From contig CATNEN010000039.1 of the NCBI GenBank assembly GCA_950097015.1, forward strand, positions 1,922,001 through 1,986,000: a DNA stretch of 64,000 bases. Direction: 5' to 3'. Below the pieces are notes generated by a model. The model made no database searches. It saw only the letters and a list, made by a program, of their open reading frames with translations, and had not been told where the DNA came from. This document shows positions 23,801-36,407 of the stretch, piece after piece (position 1 is the first letter of the stretch; every line of letters begins with the position of its first letter). The stretch is from Macrostomum hystrix. Taxonomy: Eukaryota > Animalia > Platyhelminthes. A program made the position numbers and the translations under genes.

Positions 23801-26800
23801 CTGGGCTGTTCTGGGATCGTTTAGGACCGTTCTGGGTTATTTTGGGACCATTCTGGGATCTTTTATGACCATTCTGGGATCTTTTATGACCGTTCTGGGA
23901 TCTTTTAGGACCGTTCTGGGTTCTTTTAGGACCGTACTGGGTTCTTTTAGGACCGTTCTGGGATCTTTCGGGACCATTCTGGGGTATTTTAGCACCGTTC
24001 TGGGATCTTTTAGGACCGTTCTGGGATCTTTTGGGACCGTTTAGGTATCCTGCAGTGCCGTTTAGGGATCCTTCAGTCATTTTCAGGGATTCTTAAGAGC
24101 CGCTCTACGATCTTTCAGGACCGGTCTTCATAGGTCATTAATCCACCATTCAAAAAGTTTACGCTTAATGTCGATCTTCAAAGCCTTCCCATCCCGAGTC
24201 TCACAGGGCAGCCCTGTGTCTTTTGCTTAAAGTTTTCCCTAGCAACAGACGCATCGCTTGCAATACCTGTGCAGGCCTATTACAGCGCCTTCGCAGCGGA
24301 CAGCGAAATCGCCGCCTGCACTCTGTGGACGCTGTGGACCTGGGCCCGGTCGGACACCGGGCTGGTCCTGGCGGTGCTGCGCCACGCTTCCAACGTTGTA
24401 CACAGCGGCCGCTTGAACTGCGACTATGACAGCAACCGCCTGTCCTTTCACCTGCCCGTGCACCGACTGATTTCAGCCTTTCTGTGCGCCCTGCCTGATG
24501 CTGCCGCGGGTAGCGGTGACAGCCAGGACATTGCCCATATTCTAGGCGCGCCAATCAACGATTTCCTTCTGCCTCCACTGCGTGCTCTGATTGGCTACTG
24601 CGAGATCAACTCCGATCTCTGGCTGCGCAACGGCCTGCAGATCAAGGGCCAAGCCATGACCTACGTGCACAGCACCTTCTGCTGCTCGCTGGTTGACCTG
24701 GACCTGCACCTTGTCCAGACCTGCGTGGCCCTGCTGCCTGATAAGGCGAATACTGTCCGCTGCCTGTTCAAGCTGCTGCTGCTGGAGGAGTTCCTGCGCC
24801 TTGACACCGCTGCTGGCAACAACCCGCTTATCGGTAAGAGAACTATCTCTTCCCTGCTCTCTTCCCTGATCTCTTCCCTGCTCTCTTCCCTGCTCTCTTC
24901 CCTGCTCTCTTCCCTGCTCTCTTCCCTGCTCTCTTCCCTGCTCTCTTCCCTGCTCTCTTCCCTGCTCTCTTCCCTGCTCTCTTCCCTACTCTCTTATCCA
25001 CTCCCTTATCTTATCTACTCTCTAGTCTACTCCCTCTGCATCTACTCACATACTCTGTCACAATGCTACTCGGTCTCCCTGCTCTCATGAATGGAAGGGC
25101 CGGACAATGCAGACCGGGCGGCTGCCATGGCCGAATGGGGCTTGCAGCTGGTGGCTTGGCTGGTCTGCCTGTTCCCAGCCAATGGCTTGGCTCGCGATCC
25201 GTCTAGCCAATTGGAGCGCGAGCTAATCGTAGCCGTCTCCGTGGAGGACCGGACGCACTCGCGGCTGGTTGAGAGCCTACCAGAACGCGACTCGGCCCAT
25301 CACGAGCCGGGCCGCCAGTCGGCCGCTCTGCAGCCGGCTCTGGCGCGAGTTGCCGAACTGTCTTCGTCGTCGGCTTCGTCTGCGGCTACGCCGGCGACAG
25401 CTACGTCAGCAGCAAGTCCGTCTGAAGAGTCAGCAACCGCGTCTACTGGCCTAGAAGTACTCGCCGCTCCAGTCTATCGGCTACGGCCGGAAGTTTGGCT
25501 ACGCAGCTACGATCCGTTGATGACCAGCCTGAGGTGCCACCAGCGGCGCCAGCACCAGGCAGGCCTAGATCGCTATTCGCGCTTTCTGGCCCACCAGGGC
25601 GACGCCGCGGCTACGGCTGCTGACAGCGTCGACGAAGAGGCTCGACGTCGACGCCAGCGTCGAGATTACCAGGCCTGGCCGCCGTACCGACTGCCCCGCT
25701 GTTGGATGGGCAAGGGCGAAAGCGATGGAGACGGCGAGAGCGAGTGCAACGGCGAGGCGGAATTTCCCGCTTATCTGGCCGGCGTGACGGACATTCTGCA
25801 CACCTCGGCGATGCACTCCAGGCTGTTCGCCCTGCTGTACAAGGTTTCTGCCCTTCCCTGGCTTCCTTGATTTTATCTAATGTCACTTCGGACTTTTATC
25901 TGAGACGTCGGGGGCTCGAATCTTAGTCCAGGCAAACCATTTCCAGTGCTTAGTTTACTCTGTTTTAAAATTACTGACAGCATCAACTGGGGGACAGATT
26001 TAGTTGGGTATATTGTCCTCCCCAGTCCATGGACTGAACAGTTCGCAGAAAAATGTACGCAGATTTTTGGCGACTGGCTTCACCTCTGGCCCAAATAGGT
26101 GTGATTTCTGTCTATGTTTATCTATCTGAGGAAAGCGCTCGCACTGTGGAGATAACACTCTAACTGAGGGGATAAAATTCCCAATGGAGGGATAACATTC
26201 CCATAGAGGAGATAGGAAAAGTGTGGGATTGGAGTAGAAATTTGGGTGGGTGTACAGTAGAGTCCACGGACTGAACAGCTGTACACAGCCTTCAGAAACT
26301 GGACAAAGCGTAATTTCTATTAGTATATTTTTGTTCAAAATGAAGTCTGCAAGCGAATCAACTGACTAACATTTCAGTTCGTCTGCAACCAGCACGCTGT
26401 GAGAAGTGGCGCACTCGCTCTGGTGGTGTTCCTGCTGGAGCTGGCGCTGGTCATTCCGAGGCGCGATTTGAGCACTGAAAATTATACTGCCGACCCTGAG
26501 GTGAGGCCGACTGCTGAACTCGAGATCATGAGATTGCATGCTGATGAGTATCATGAGATTGCATGCTGATGAGTATCATGAGATTGTATGCTGATGAGTA
26601 TCATGAGATTGCATGCTGATGAGTATCATGAGATTGCATGCTGATGAGTATCATGAGATTGCATGCTGATGAGTATCATGAGATTGCATGCTGATGAGTA
26701 TCATGAGATTGTATGCTGATGAGTATCATGAGATTGTATGCTGATGAGTATCATGAGATTGCATGCTGATGAGTATCATGAGATTGTATGCTGATGAGTA

Positions 26801-28130
26801 TCATGAGATTGCATGCTGATGAGTATCATGAGATTGCATGCTGATGAGTATCATGAGATTGTATGCTGATGAGTATCATGAGATTGCATGCTGATGAGTA
26901 TCATGAGATTGCATGCTGATGAGTATCATGAGATTGCATGCTGATGAGTATCATGAGATTGCATGCTGATGAGTATCATGAGATTGCATGCTGATGAGTA
27001 TCATGAGATTGCATGCTGATGAGTATCATGAGATTGCATGCTGATGAGTATCATGAGATTGCATGCTGATGAGTATCATGAGATTGCATGCTGATGAGTA
27101 TCATGAGATTGCATGCTGATGAGTATCATGAGATTGCATGCTGATGAGTATCATGAGATTGCATGCTGATGAGTATCATGAGATTGCATGCTGATGAGTA
27201 TCATGAGATTGCATGCTGATGAGTATCATGAGATTGCATGCTGATGAGTATCATGAGATTGCATGCTGATGAGTATCATGTGATTCTACGCTGATCATGA
27301 TTGTCATGTGATTCTATGCTGATCATGAGTATCATGTGATTCTATGCTGATCATGGTTGTCATGTGATTCTATGCTGATCATGGTTGTCATGTGATTCTA
27401 TGCTGATCATGGTTGTCATGTGATTCTATGCTGATCATGATTGTCATGTGATTCTATGCTGATCATGAGTATCATGTGATTCTATGCTGATCATGGTTGT
27501 CATGTGATTCTATGCTGATCATGGTTGTCATGTGATTCTATGCTGATCATGGTTGTCATGTGATTCTATGCTGATCATGAGTGTCATGTGATTCTATGCT
27601 GATCATGATTGTCATGTGATTCTATGCTGATCATGAGTGTCATGTGATTCTATGCTGATCATGGTTGTCATTTGATTCTATGCTGATCATGAGTGTCATG
27701 TGATTCTATGCTGATCATGATTGTCATGTGATTCTATGCTGATCATGAGTATCATGTGATTCTATGCTGATCATGAGTGTCATGTGATTCTATGCTGATA
27801 AGTGTCATGTGATTCTATGCTGATCATGAGTGCCATGTGATTCTATGCTGATCATGAGTGTCATGTGATTCTATGCTGATCATGGTTGTCATGTGATTCT
27901 ATGTTGATCATGGTTGTCATGTGATTCTATGCTGATCATGAGTGTCATGTGATTCTATGCTGATAAGTGTCATGTGATTTGGATGCTTTGTGAGAATGCA
28001 CATAAGCATACAGTAGTGTATTATAAACTGCCATCAACCAACCTAACCGGCCTCTTAAGTCTGACTATCAGTTTCCGTCGCACGATCTTCGCGTCAACCT
28101 GTGCCACGAGGTGACACTGCCGCAGCAACA

Positions 28131-28162
<32 letters not shown>

Positions 28163-31100
28163 CTGTCAGTCTGCTGTCGCTGCTGCTGGCCGTTCATCGC
28201 CAGCTGTCGGACGGCGCGAATCCGACCCTGGCTCAGCTCCGCCACTGCCGAGTCACCGACCGGCGCAGAGTCGGCGAAGGTCGCGACTTTCTTTGCCGGG
28301 TCATCGGATTGGCCTGTCCACCTGGCAGTGCCAACTATGGCAAGCTGCTGGCCATGCTGGACCCGCGGCAAGGCGACAGCATGACCACTCCTAGCGAGGG
28401 TAGGTTCACGAGGTCTATGTGGCCACTATTTTGGTACTAACGTTTTGCATGCAATATCCAACGTTTAATTTAACTCGTCTCACTTAGTCTCACCTAGTCT
28501 CACTTAGTCTCACCTAGTCTCACCTAGTCTCACTTTGTCTCACTTAGTCTCACCTAGTCTCACTTAGTCTCACTTAGCCTCACCTAGTCTCACCTAGTCT
28601 CACTTAGTCTCACCTAGTCTCACTTAGTCTCACCTGGATCTCCTCCCGTGAACTATCCGCAGTCGCTCAAGCTGCCTCGGCAGGCGATCGCCGTTCCGCC
28701 GTCGAGGAGCGGAAGCGGAAGCTGATGGAGCGCATGGTGGCCCAGCAGAGGGCATTCGCAGCCAGCCTGCCGGACGCATCCACTGAGGCACCGCAGCCGA
28801 ACACTGGCGGCGATGGTGAGAAGGATGTTAATCTAGCCAGCATGGACCAGGAGGAGTTCGCCGAGTGCTGCATCTGCCAGAAATCTTCGTCCGACACAGT
28901 CGCCGCCTCGCCGTTCGCCCTACTGGCCCTTGCGCAGCCCTCGGCCATCCTGGCGCACCGGACCTGCGAACTGGCGGCCGCGGCGGCGGCTGCGGCATCG
29001 TCGCGTCGCCTCTCGTCCATGCTGGAAGCCTCGCACTGGTTTGACGCGCTCACTGAACTCCGCTGGGGCATTGTGGTAAACAGCTGCAGCCACTGCGTTC
29101 ACACAGAATGCGTACAGCCCTATATCAGCGGCCTGGAGCATCAGGCAAGCCGACTGTACCCATGCCCGCTCTGCCGCCAGACATTCAACCTGGTTCTGCC
29201 GCTCTGCCCCGGCGTGGCCTGGGATGGTCCGCCGAATCTGCAGACGCCGCTGCTGCGCGACGCCGCCAAAGCCTCAGACCTGCTGGCCATGCCGGTGCAG
29301 ACGGCCTCCGGCAAGCTGCTGTCACTCGCCCAGCTGTGGAGTCCTGTGCCCCCTCCGATGGAGGATCACGAGCGCTGGTCATTCTGGGCCGGCATCCTGC
29401 TCACCAACCTCCGCCTGGAGCTCTGCCTGCTTGATCGGCGGGACAGCCGACTGCACGCCAGGTACCTGGCCATGTGCTGCACCGGCCGCCTGTTGAGGTT
29501 TCTGATGCGTAAGTCTGGCTACGAACTCTGCAGGCGAGAATCTTCGGCCTTCTTAACAGCCTTTCTAGATCATTTCATGACGGGTGCCTCCACTTTGTCC
29601 GGCGCAAGCGATGATGAAGCTGAAGATTTCGAGGCTCCGTTTCAGCCGCTGCTGCTTCAGGACGCCGGTTGGTGATGCTGTGGGCCATTTGTCATAATCT
29701 ACCTGGGCCATTTGTCATCTACCTGGGCCATTTGTCATCTACCTGGGCCATTTGTCATCTACCTGGTCCATTTGTCATCTACCTGGGCCATTTGTCATCT
29801 ACCTGGGCCATTTGTCATCTACCTGGGCCATTTGTCATCTACCTGGGCCATTTGTCATCATCTACCTGGGCCATTTGTCATCTACCTGGGCCATTTGTCA
29901 TCTACCTGGTCCATTTGTCATCTACCTGGGCCATTTGTCATCTACCTGGGCCATTTGTCATCTACCTGGGCCATTTGTCATCTACCTGGGCCATTTGTCA
30001 TCATCTACCTGGGCCATTTGTCATCATCTACCTGGGCCATTTGTCATCATCTACCTGGGCCATTTGTCATCTACCTGGGCCATTTGTCATCATCTACCTG
30101 GGCCATTTGTCATCATCTACCTGGGCCATTTGTCATTATCTACCTGGGCCATTTGTCATATCTACCTGGGTCATTTGTCATCATCTACCTGGGCCATTTG
30201 TCATCATCTACCTGGGTCATTTGTCATCATCTACCTGGGCCATTTGTCATCATCTGCCTGGGCCATTTGTCATCATCTACCTGGGCCATTTGTCATCATC
30301 TACCTGGGCCATTTGTCATTATCTACCTGGGCCATTTGTCATCATCTACCTGGGCCATTTGTCATCATCTACCTGGGTCATTTGTCATCATCTACCTGGG
30401 CCATTTGTCATCATCTACCTGGGCCATTTGTCATCATCTACCTGGGCCATTTGTCATCATCTGCCTGGGCTATTTGTCATCATCTACCTGGACCATTTGT
30501 CATCATCTACCTGGGCCATTTGTCATCATCTACCTGGGCCATTTGTCATCATCTGCCTGGGCTATTTGTCATCATCTACCTGGACCATTTGTCATCATCT
30601 ACCTGGGCCATTTGTCATCATCTACCTGGGTCATTTGTCATCATCTACCTGGGCCATTTGTCATCATCTACCTGGGCCATTTGTCATCATCTACCTGGGC
30701 CATTTGTCATCATCTGCCTGGGCAATTTGTCATCATCTACCTGGACCATTTGTCATCATCTACCTGGGCCATTTGTCATCATCTACCTGGGCCATTTGTC
30801 ATTATCTACTAAATAAATTATCACCACATTTTCTGCATTTTTCGTCACAATCCGTGTGCTTTATCGGTCACTGTCATTTGCCAAATTCTGGGCGTACTCC
30901 TGCCCTAAAAGTGTACTCAAAAACTTAAAGCAATATTTCTCTTTCGCAGGCAAGATGCTGGTACTGCTGGTTCTCACAGCAGTCTCCAAGAAGCAGCAGT
31001 GGTTCGCAGCGCTGGCTGCCGCCTACAACCTGGCCTACGTGCAGGCGCTGCTAGCGGAGCTGCTTGCCGCCACGGAACAGGAGAGGCAGCTCTGGTCACA

Positions 31101-33300
31101 GCCGAGCAGCTCGCATTCACCGCTGCCTGAGCACGTGCAGCTTGTGCTAGGGCGTGCTGACTTGCTGCTGAAACAGACTGCCTCGAGCAGGCAGCCCCAG
31201 CTAGTGAGAATTAGCTATGGCCACTTACTTACTCACTCACTCACTCACTCACTCACCCACTCACTCACTTACTCACTCACTCACTCACTTACTCACTCAC
31301 TCACTCACTCACTCGCTTACTCACTCACTCACTTACTCACTCACTCACTCACTCACTCACCCACTCACTCACTCACTCACTCACTCACCCACTCACTCAC
31401 TCACTCACCCACTCACTCACCCACTCACTCACTCACTCACTCACTCACTCACTCACTCACTCACTCACCCACTCACTCACTCACTCACCCACTCACTCAC
31501 TCACTCACTCACTCACCCACTCACTCACTCACTCACCCACTCACTCACCCACTCACTCACTCACTCACTCACTCACTCACTCACTCACTCACTCACTCAC
31601 CCACTCACTCACTCACTCACCCACTCACTCACTCACTCACTCACTCACCCGCCAATCAGGGGGACCCGCCGTCGTCTCCACGCAGTTCGGCTCAGCTGTT
31701 GTCTCGCATCGAGTCCCGCCTGGCGCCGCTGCTGCGTCTAGCCGCGCTTCTCCTGGGTCACATGACCAGCCCGATGTCGCCGCCTCCGCCGGCTCCACCT
31801 CTGCCGGGCACCTTCTCGGAGTTGTCCCATCGCTTGGGCCTCTGCCAGCAGCACCAGCTAGAGCAGCAGCAGCAGCCTGGAGACTTCGGCAGCGCCTCTC
31901 CTTCCGCCTGCAGCGGCTGCTCGCCACCCCGGCTGTTCACCCCGCTCGACGCAGCCGGCTTGGACCGCCTGGCCGCCGCCTGGCTGGCTGCCGTGTCGCC
32001 TCCGCATCGCCGCCCAGTCGCCTGCCTGACTGACCGACTGGCCCTGCCTAGCCAGCTCCGGCCGCCGCGGCTTATTCCCCTGCCGACAACCTACGACATT
32101 GTGTTCAGCGAGAACCGCAACAGAATCTGCCGGCGGTGCAGCCAGCAACCAGCGCATCCGGCCGTCTGCCTCGTCTGCGCCGAGTTTCTCTGCTTCGATT
32201 CGCCCTGCTGCCAGGCCAGGCACGGAGAGGACACCGTCGGCGAGTGCCATCGACACTCCGTGCTGTGCGGAGCCGGCCTCTGTCCCCTGCTGGTCGTGGA
32301 CTCGTCCTTTGTCTGGCTGTTCATCCATGGCCAGGCGATGCGCTGGGGCTCTCTCTATCTGGACGAGTTCGGCGAGGAGGACGAGGAGCTCCGGTAACAA
32401 CTGGCTGAAATCTGTTTGCCCAGAGCTGTGGTGTGGTGGGGGGGATAAGTGAGTGTAGGGAATGCTGTGAAATTGGTGTAGGGAATGCTGTGAAATTGGT
32501 GTAGGGAATGCTGTGAAATTGGTGTAAGGAATGCTGTGAAATTGGTGTAGGGAATGCTGTGAAATTGGTGTAGGGAATGCTGTGAAATTGGTGTAGGGAA
32601 TGCTGTGAAATTGGTGTAGGGAATGCTGTGAAATTGGTGTAGGGAATGCTGTGAAATTGGTGTAGGGAATGCTGTGAAATTGGTGTAGGGAATGCTGTGA
32701 AATTGGTGTAGGGAATGCTGTGAAATTGGTGTAGGGAATGCTGTGAAATTGGTGTAGGGAATGCTGTGAAATTGGTGTAGGGAATGCTGTGAAATTGGTG
32801 TAGGGAATGCTGTGAAATTGGTGTAGGGAATGCTGTGAAATAGGTGTAGGGAATGCTGTGAAATTGGTGTAGGGAATGCTGTGAAATAGGTGTAGGGAAT
32901 GCTGTGAAATTGGTGTAGGGAATGCTGTGAAATTGGTGTAGGGAATGCTGTGAAATTGGTGTAGGGAATGCTGTGAAATTGGTGTAGGGAATGCTGTGAA
33001 ATTGGTGTAGGGAATGCTGTGAAATTGGTGTAGGGAATGCTGTGAAATTGGTGTAGGGAATGCTGTGAAATTGGTGTTGGGAATGCGTTTATCTTTAGAT
33101 AGTATCGAGCTCTCAGGTGGTGACTCCTGTGGTTTTGCCAGTTTTCGAGCGCTGAATTCACGCCTCACTCATCTGAATGCAGGCGCGGCAAGCCTCTCTA
33201 TTTGAGTCGGCAGCGCTTCGAGGCCCTGGAATCGCAGTGGCTTCTGCACAACTACTACAGCAGCTCGCCAAGGCCCGTCTGGGCATCCAATTCGTTTTAG
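17819..33300 (+). CDS. UBR3: UBR-box/RING E3 ubiquitin-protein ligase, UBR3-like (complete, 14 exons)
   Basis: Phase-consistent exons: 17819-18050, 18530-18648 ([30 protein letters not shown]), 18813-19027 ([28 protein letters not shown]; UBR box), 20722-20999, 22383-22799 ([17 protein letters not shown]; [11 protein letters not shown]), 23421-23650 ([15 protein letters not shown]), 24275-24833 (SFHLPVHR; [16 protein letters not shown]), 25098-25843, 26378-26500, 28072-28399, 28663-29667 (RING: [19 protein letters not shown]), 30950-31203, 31660-32393 ([22 protein letters not shown]), 33183-33300 (RGKPLYLS..stop). Confidence 0.92.
19080..20616. repeat. Composite 32/33-bp intronic minisatellite with an internal duplication of about 823 bp
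   Basis: GTCAGTCCATTAGTGCCTGTCCTAAGCTTGCT and GCCTGTCTGTCCATTATGGCCCGCCTTAAGCTT units; the spacer AGATGGAGACATGGACAC occurs at 19361 and 20184. Confidence 0.93.
21125..22358. repeat. 23/19-bp intronic minisatellite (GTCAGTTGGTCAGCTGTTCCTCT)n
   Basis: Tandem units in a UBR3 intron. Confidence 0.93.
22885..23397. repeat. 23-bp intronic minisatellite (CCTTCAGGCCTGCTCCTCATTAT)n
   Basis: About 22 units. Confidence 0.95.
23800..24045. repeat. 21-bp intronic minisatellite (GACCGTTCTGGGATCTTTTAG)n
   Basis: About 11 diverged units. Confidence 0.88.
24847..24995. repeat. 12-bp pyrimidine-rich repeat (CTCTTCCCTGCT)n
   Basis: About 12 units just after the donor at 24833. Confidence 0.92.
26526..27980. 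repeat. Bipartite minisatellite: 25-bp array switching to a related 28-bp array
   Basis: GAGTATCATGAGATTGCATGCTGAT to about 27280, then GTCATGTGATTCTATGCTGATCATGGTT. Confidence 0.94.
28478..28635. repeat. 10-bp repeat (GTCTCACYTA)n
   Basis: About 16 units. Confidence 0.92.
29681..30809. repeat. 20/23-bp intronic minisatellite (ACCTGGGCCATTTGTCAT[CAT]CT)n
   Basis: Tandem units; the 20-bp form grades into the 23-bp form. Confidence 0.95.
31222..31649. repeat. (ACTC)n microsatellite
   Basis: Fills UBR3 intron 31204-31659. Confidence 0.95.
32453..33086. repeat. 23-bp intronic minisatellite (GTAGGGAATGCTGTGAAATTGGT)n
   Basis: About 27 units. Confidence 0.95.
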
Positions 33301-33329
33301 CCTGACCGCTCACTGCATCGCTCAGTACA

Positions 33330-34432
33330 CTGATCCTTCAGCCACTGCGATCCCCTGATCCTTCAGCCACTGCCATCCCCTGATCCTTCAGCCACTGCCA
33401 TCCCCTGATCCTTCAGCCACTGCCATCCCCTGATCCTTCAGCCACTGCCATCCCCTGATCCTTCAGCCACTGCCATCCCCTGATCCTTCAGCCACTGCCA
33501 TCCCCTGATCCTTCAGCCACTGCCATCCCCTGATCCTTCAGCCACTGCCATCCCCTGATCCTTCAGCCACTGCCATCCCCTGATCCTTCAGCCACTGCCA
33601 TCCCCTGATCCTTCAGCCACTGCCATCCCCTGATCCTTCAGCCACTGCCATCCCCTGATCCTTCAGCCACTGCCATCCCCTGATCCTTCAGCCACTGCCA
33701 TCCCCTGATCCTTCAGCCACTGCCATCCCCTGATCCTTCAGCCACTGCCATCCCCTGATCCTTCAGCCACTGCCATCCCCTGATCCTTCAGCCACTGCCA
33801 TCCCCTGATCCTTCAGCCACTGCCATCCCCTGATCCTTCAGCCACTGCCATCCCCTGATCCTTCAGCCACTGCCATCCCCTGATCCTCCAGCCACTGCCA
33901 TCCCCTGATCCTTCAGCCACTGCCATCCCCTGATCCTTCAGCCACTGCCATCCCCTGATCCTTCAGCCACTGCCATCACCTGATCCTTCAGCCACTGCCA
34001 TCCCCTGATCCTTCAGCCACTGCCATCACCTGATCCTTCAGCCACTGCCATCCCCTGATCCTTCAGCCACTGCCATCCCCTGATCCTTCAGCCACTGCCA
34101 TCCCCTGATCCTTCAGCCACTGCCATCCCCTGATCCTTCAGCCACTGCCATCCCCTGATCCTTCAGCCACTGCCATCCCCTGATCCTTCAGCCACTGCCA
34201 TCCCCTGATCCTTCAGCCACTGCCATCCCCTGATCCTTCAGCCACTGCCATCCCCTGATCCTTCAGCCACTGCCATCCCCTGATCCTTCAGCCACTGCCA
34301 TCCCCTGATCCTTCAGCCACTGCCATCCCCTGATCCTTCAGCCACTGCCATCCCCTGATCCTTCAGCCACTGCCATCCCCTGATCCTTCAGCCACTGCCA
34401 TCCTCTGATCCTTCAGCCACTGCCATCCTCTG
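33330..34432. repeat. 25-bp minisatellite directly 3' of the UBR3 stop codon
   Basis: TGATCCTTCAGCCACTGCCATCCCC, about 44 near-identical units. Confidence 0.96.
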
Positions 34433-35070
34433 AAAGTTTAGCTGTCAACCAGTCTTTACCCTCCCTGCCTCATGGGTTTAAAATTGCTTGGAAAATGCTT
34501 AACTGAAAGTGAACTTTATTTTTTTGTGCGTTTTAGGCAGTTTCATCCTATGAAGTCAAACTGCTTTAATATTTTTACTGATTTTAGTATTTGGTTGATA
34601 ACGTTTTAAATCCATGAGCAATTTTATATTTAATTGAAATACACTCAACTACCAGCTGGTCTATTCAGATGATTTGAATGTCTGTTTCTCAATCCCTGAT
34701 ATCTATCGTTAATTGCCTTTGCCTTGCCTTGACTTTATATCAAGCAAAAAATCAATGAGGGAGGATGAAAAATTCGTATCAACTTTTGATTTGCAATAAT
34801 AAGCACTACTGCTATCAACTTTAAACGAACTCTACTTTCTCAGCAATGTTATCCTTAACAGTAGAAATAGCGACATTTTTCAGTATCTACCAAAATATCG
34901 AACCAATCGCCATGAAATGCGGAACACGGACTAAAAGTTTCCGCTCTATCCTATGCAACAAATTCCTGAATCACAAAACATCGGCATCGTCAGTGTGACG
35001 ATTGAACACAAAGGACGAAGTCGAAGTCTGAGCAGCGGCAATTGTAAGTTCGGCAATTCAAAGTCAGTAA

Positions 35071-35617
35071 TGTTGGTGACGTAGCGGTAGCACTTTTATT
35101 CCGTATGCACTGGGACGCCGACAAGCAAGGTGTAATGTAAGGCGTAGGAGCTCGTAATGGTGAGTGTCAGAACCGAATGTAGTGGAGTGTAGTGAGTGAG
35201 AAAAGTCACGGCACGAAACGTAGAAGAGCGAGAATGGCGATAACGGAAGAGCGCAAGAACGAAAGTGAGGAAGAAAGAACCAGTGGAGCGCGAGCGGGCC
35301 GGAAGCCCTTGGTTAAGTAAACTAGGCTGATTGAAAAACAAAGCGATCGATACTTCCGGCCAACCAGAGCTCGCACGCTCATTGGCCGGGGGGGGAAATA
35401 CATTACGATACGCGTAGTAAATAGCTAGAATGGCGCGATATACGTTTATGGTTACTGACAGTAGCGCACTAATAATTTGACTTACTAATATAAATTAACA
35501 GAATTGGATAATATTATACGATGAGCTAAAACGGCCCTCGCAAGTACATAATTTGGAAATTAAGCATATAATCAACGCATAGAGTAATATTGTAGGGGCG
35601 CAGGGGTGCCTTCAACA
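35071..35617 (-). mobile_element. Probable solo LTR (547 bp)
   Basis: Ends TGTTG...CAACA; near-perfect 5-bp flanking duplication AGTAA/AGTGA; AATAAA about 30 nt from the 3' end on the minus strand. Confidence 0.65.
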
Positions 35618-36407
35618 AGTGACAACGTCACAGTCAGGATATTTAACGATTCTCATCGGGGTTTCTGGTGGCAAAAACAACCAATATAGGCAAACATTTT
35701 CTGCTCACAAAATTTCATAATGTACTCATGTCGGCTATCATTGTAAAGTATTTTGTATTTACTGCAGATTAGCGGAGGAAGCAGATCTCCGACGCGAGAC
35801 CGGAGTCTGCAGGGGACTCTGAGCAAGCGGTGTCACATATTCGGCATGATGTTCAGCTTCTTATGGTTCTGGATGACGCGATTCGGGCCCACGACAGCTC
35901 CAACAATGGAGCAGTGAGATGTCGCACTCCTTTATTATATAAAAGGCCATGAAAGTTCGGAAGTCTTTGGGAATAATAAATAGGCAAACAATGGTAGATT
36001 ATTAATACGATATGGCATTGGCATATTGATCGCAACCATGTACATACACTCGTATGTGTAGCGTCATTCTGGCTGTATGTGTAGCGTCATTCTGGCTGTG
36101 AATGCCGATTTCCAGGTCATAAATGCTTACAAACCATGAACTCCTGAACACTCCATGAACTCCATGAACTCCATGAACTCCTGAACTGCTTTATAAAAGA
36201 GGAAATTAAGTTACGCATATTTCTCTTTCCTTGGCCCGAGACACATACTGTGTGTTAAAATGATTCTTCATATCTTAGTCTCACAGCATTACTCACCCAC
36301 AGCATCACTTACTCACAGCAACATTCACAGTTAAGTTGCTGTCAATAACAAAAATTGCCAAAGTTGGGGTGGGTGTAACCACCCTAAGCACGTGAAACGC
36401 TGCAGCG

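Noticed and set aside
28123-28161. PolyQ tract in a UBR3 exon
   Set aside because: An ordinary short CAG/CAA low-complexity tract.
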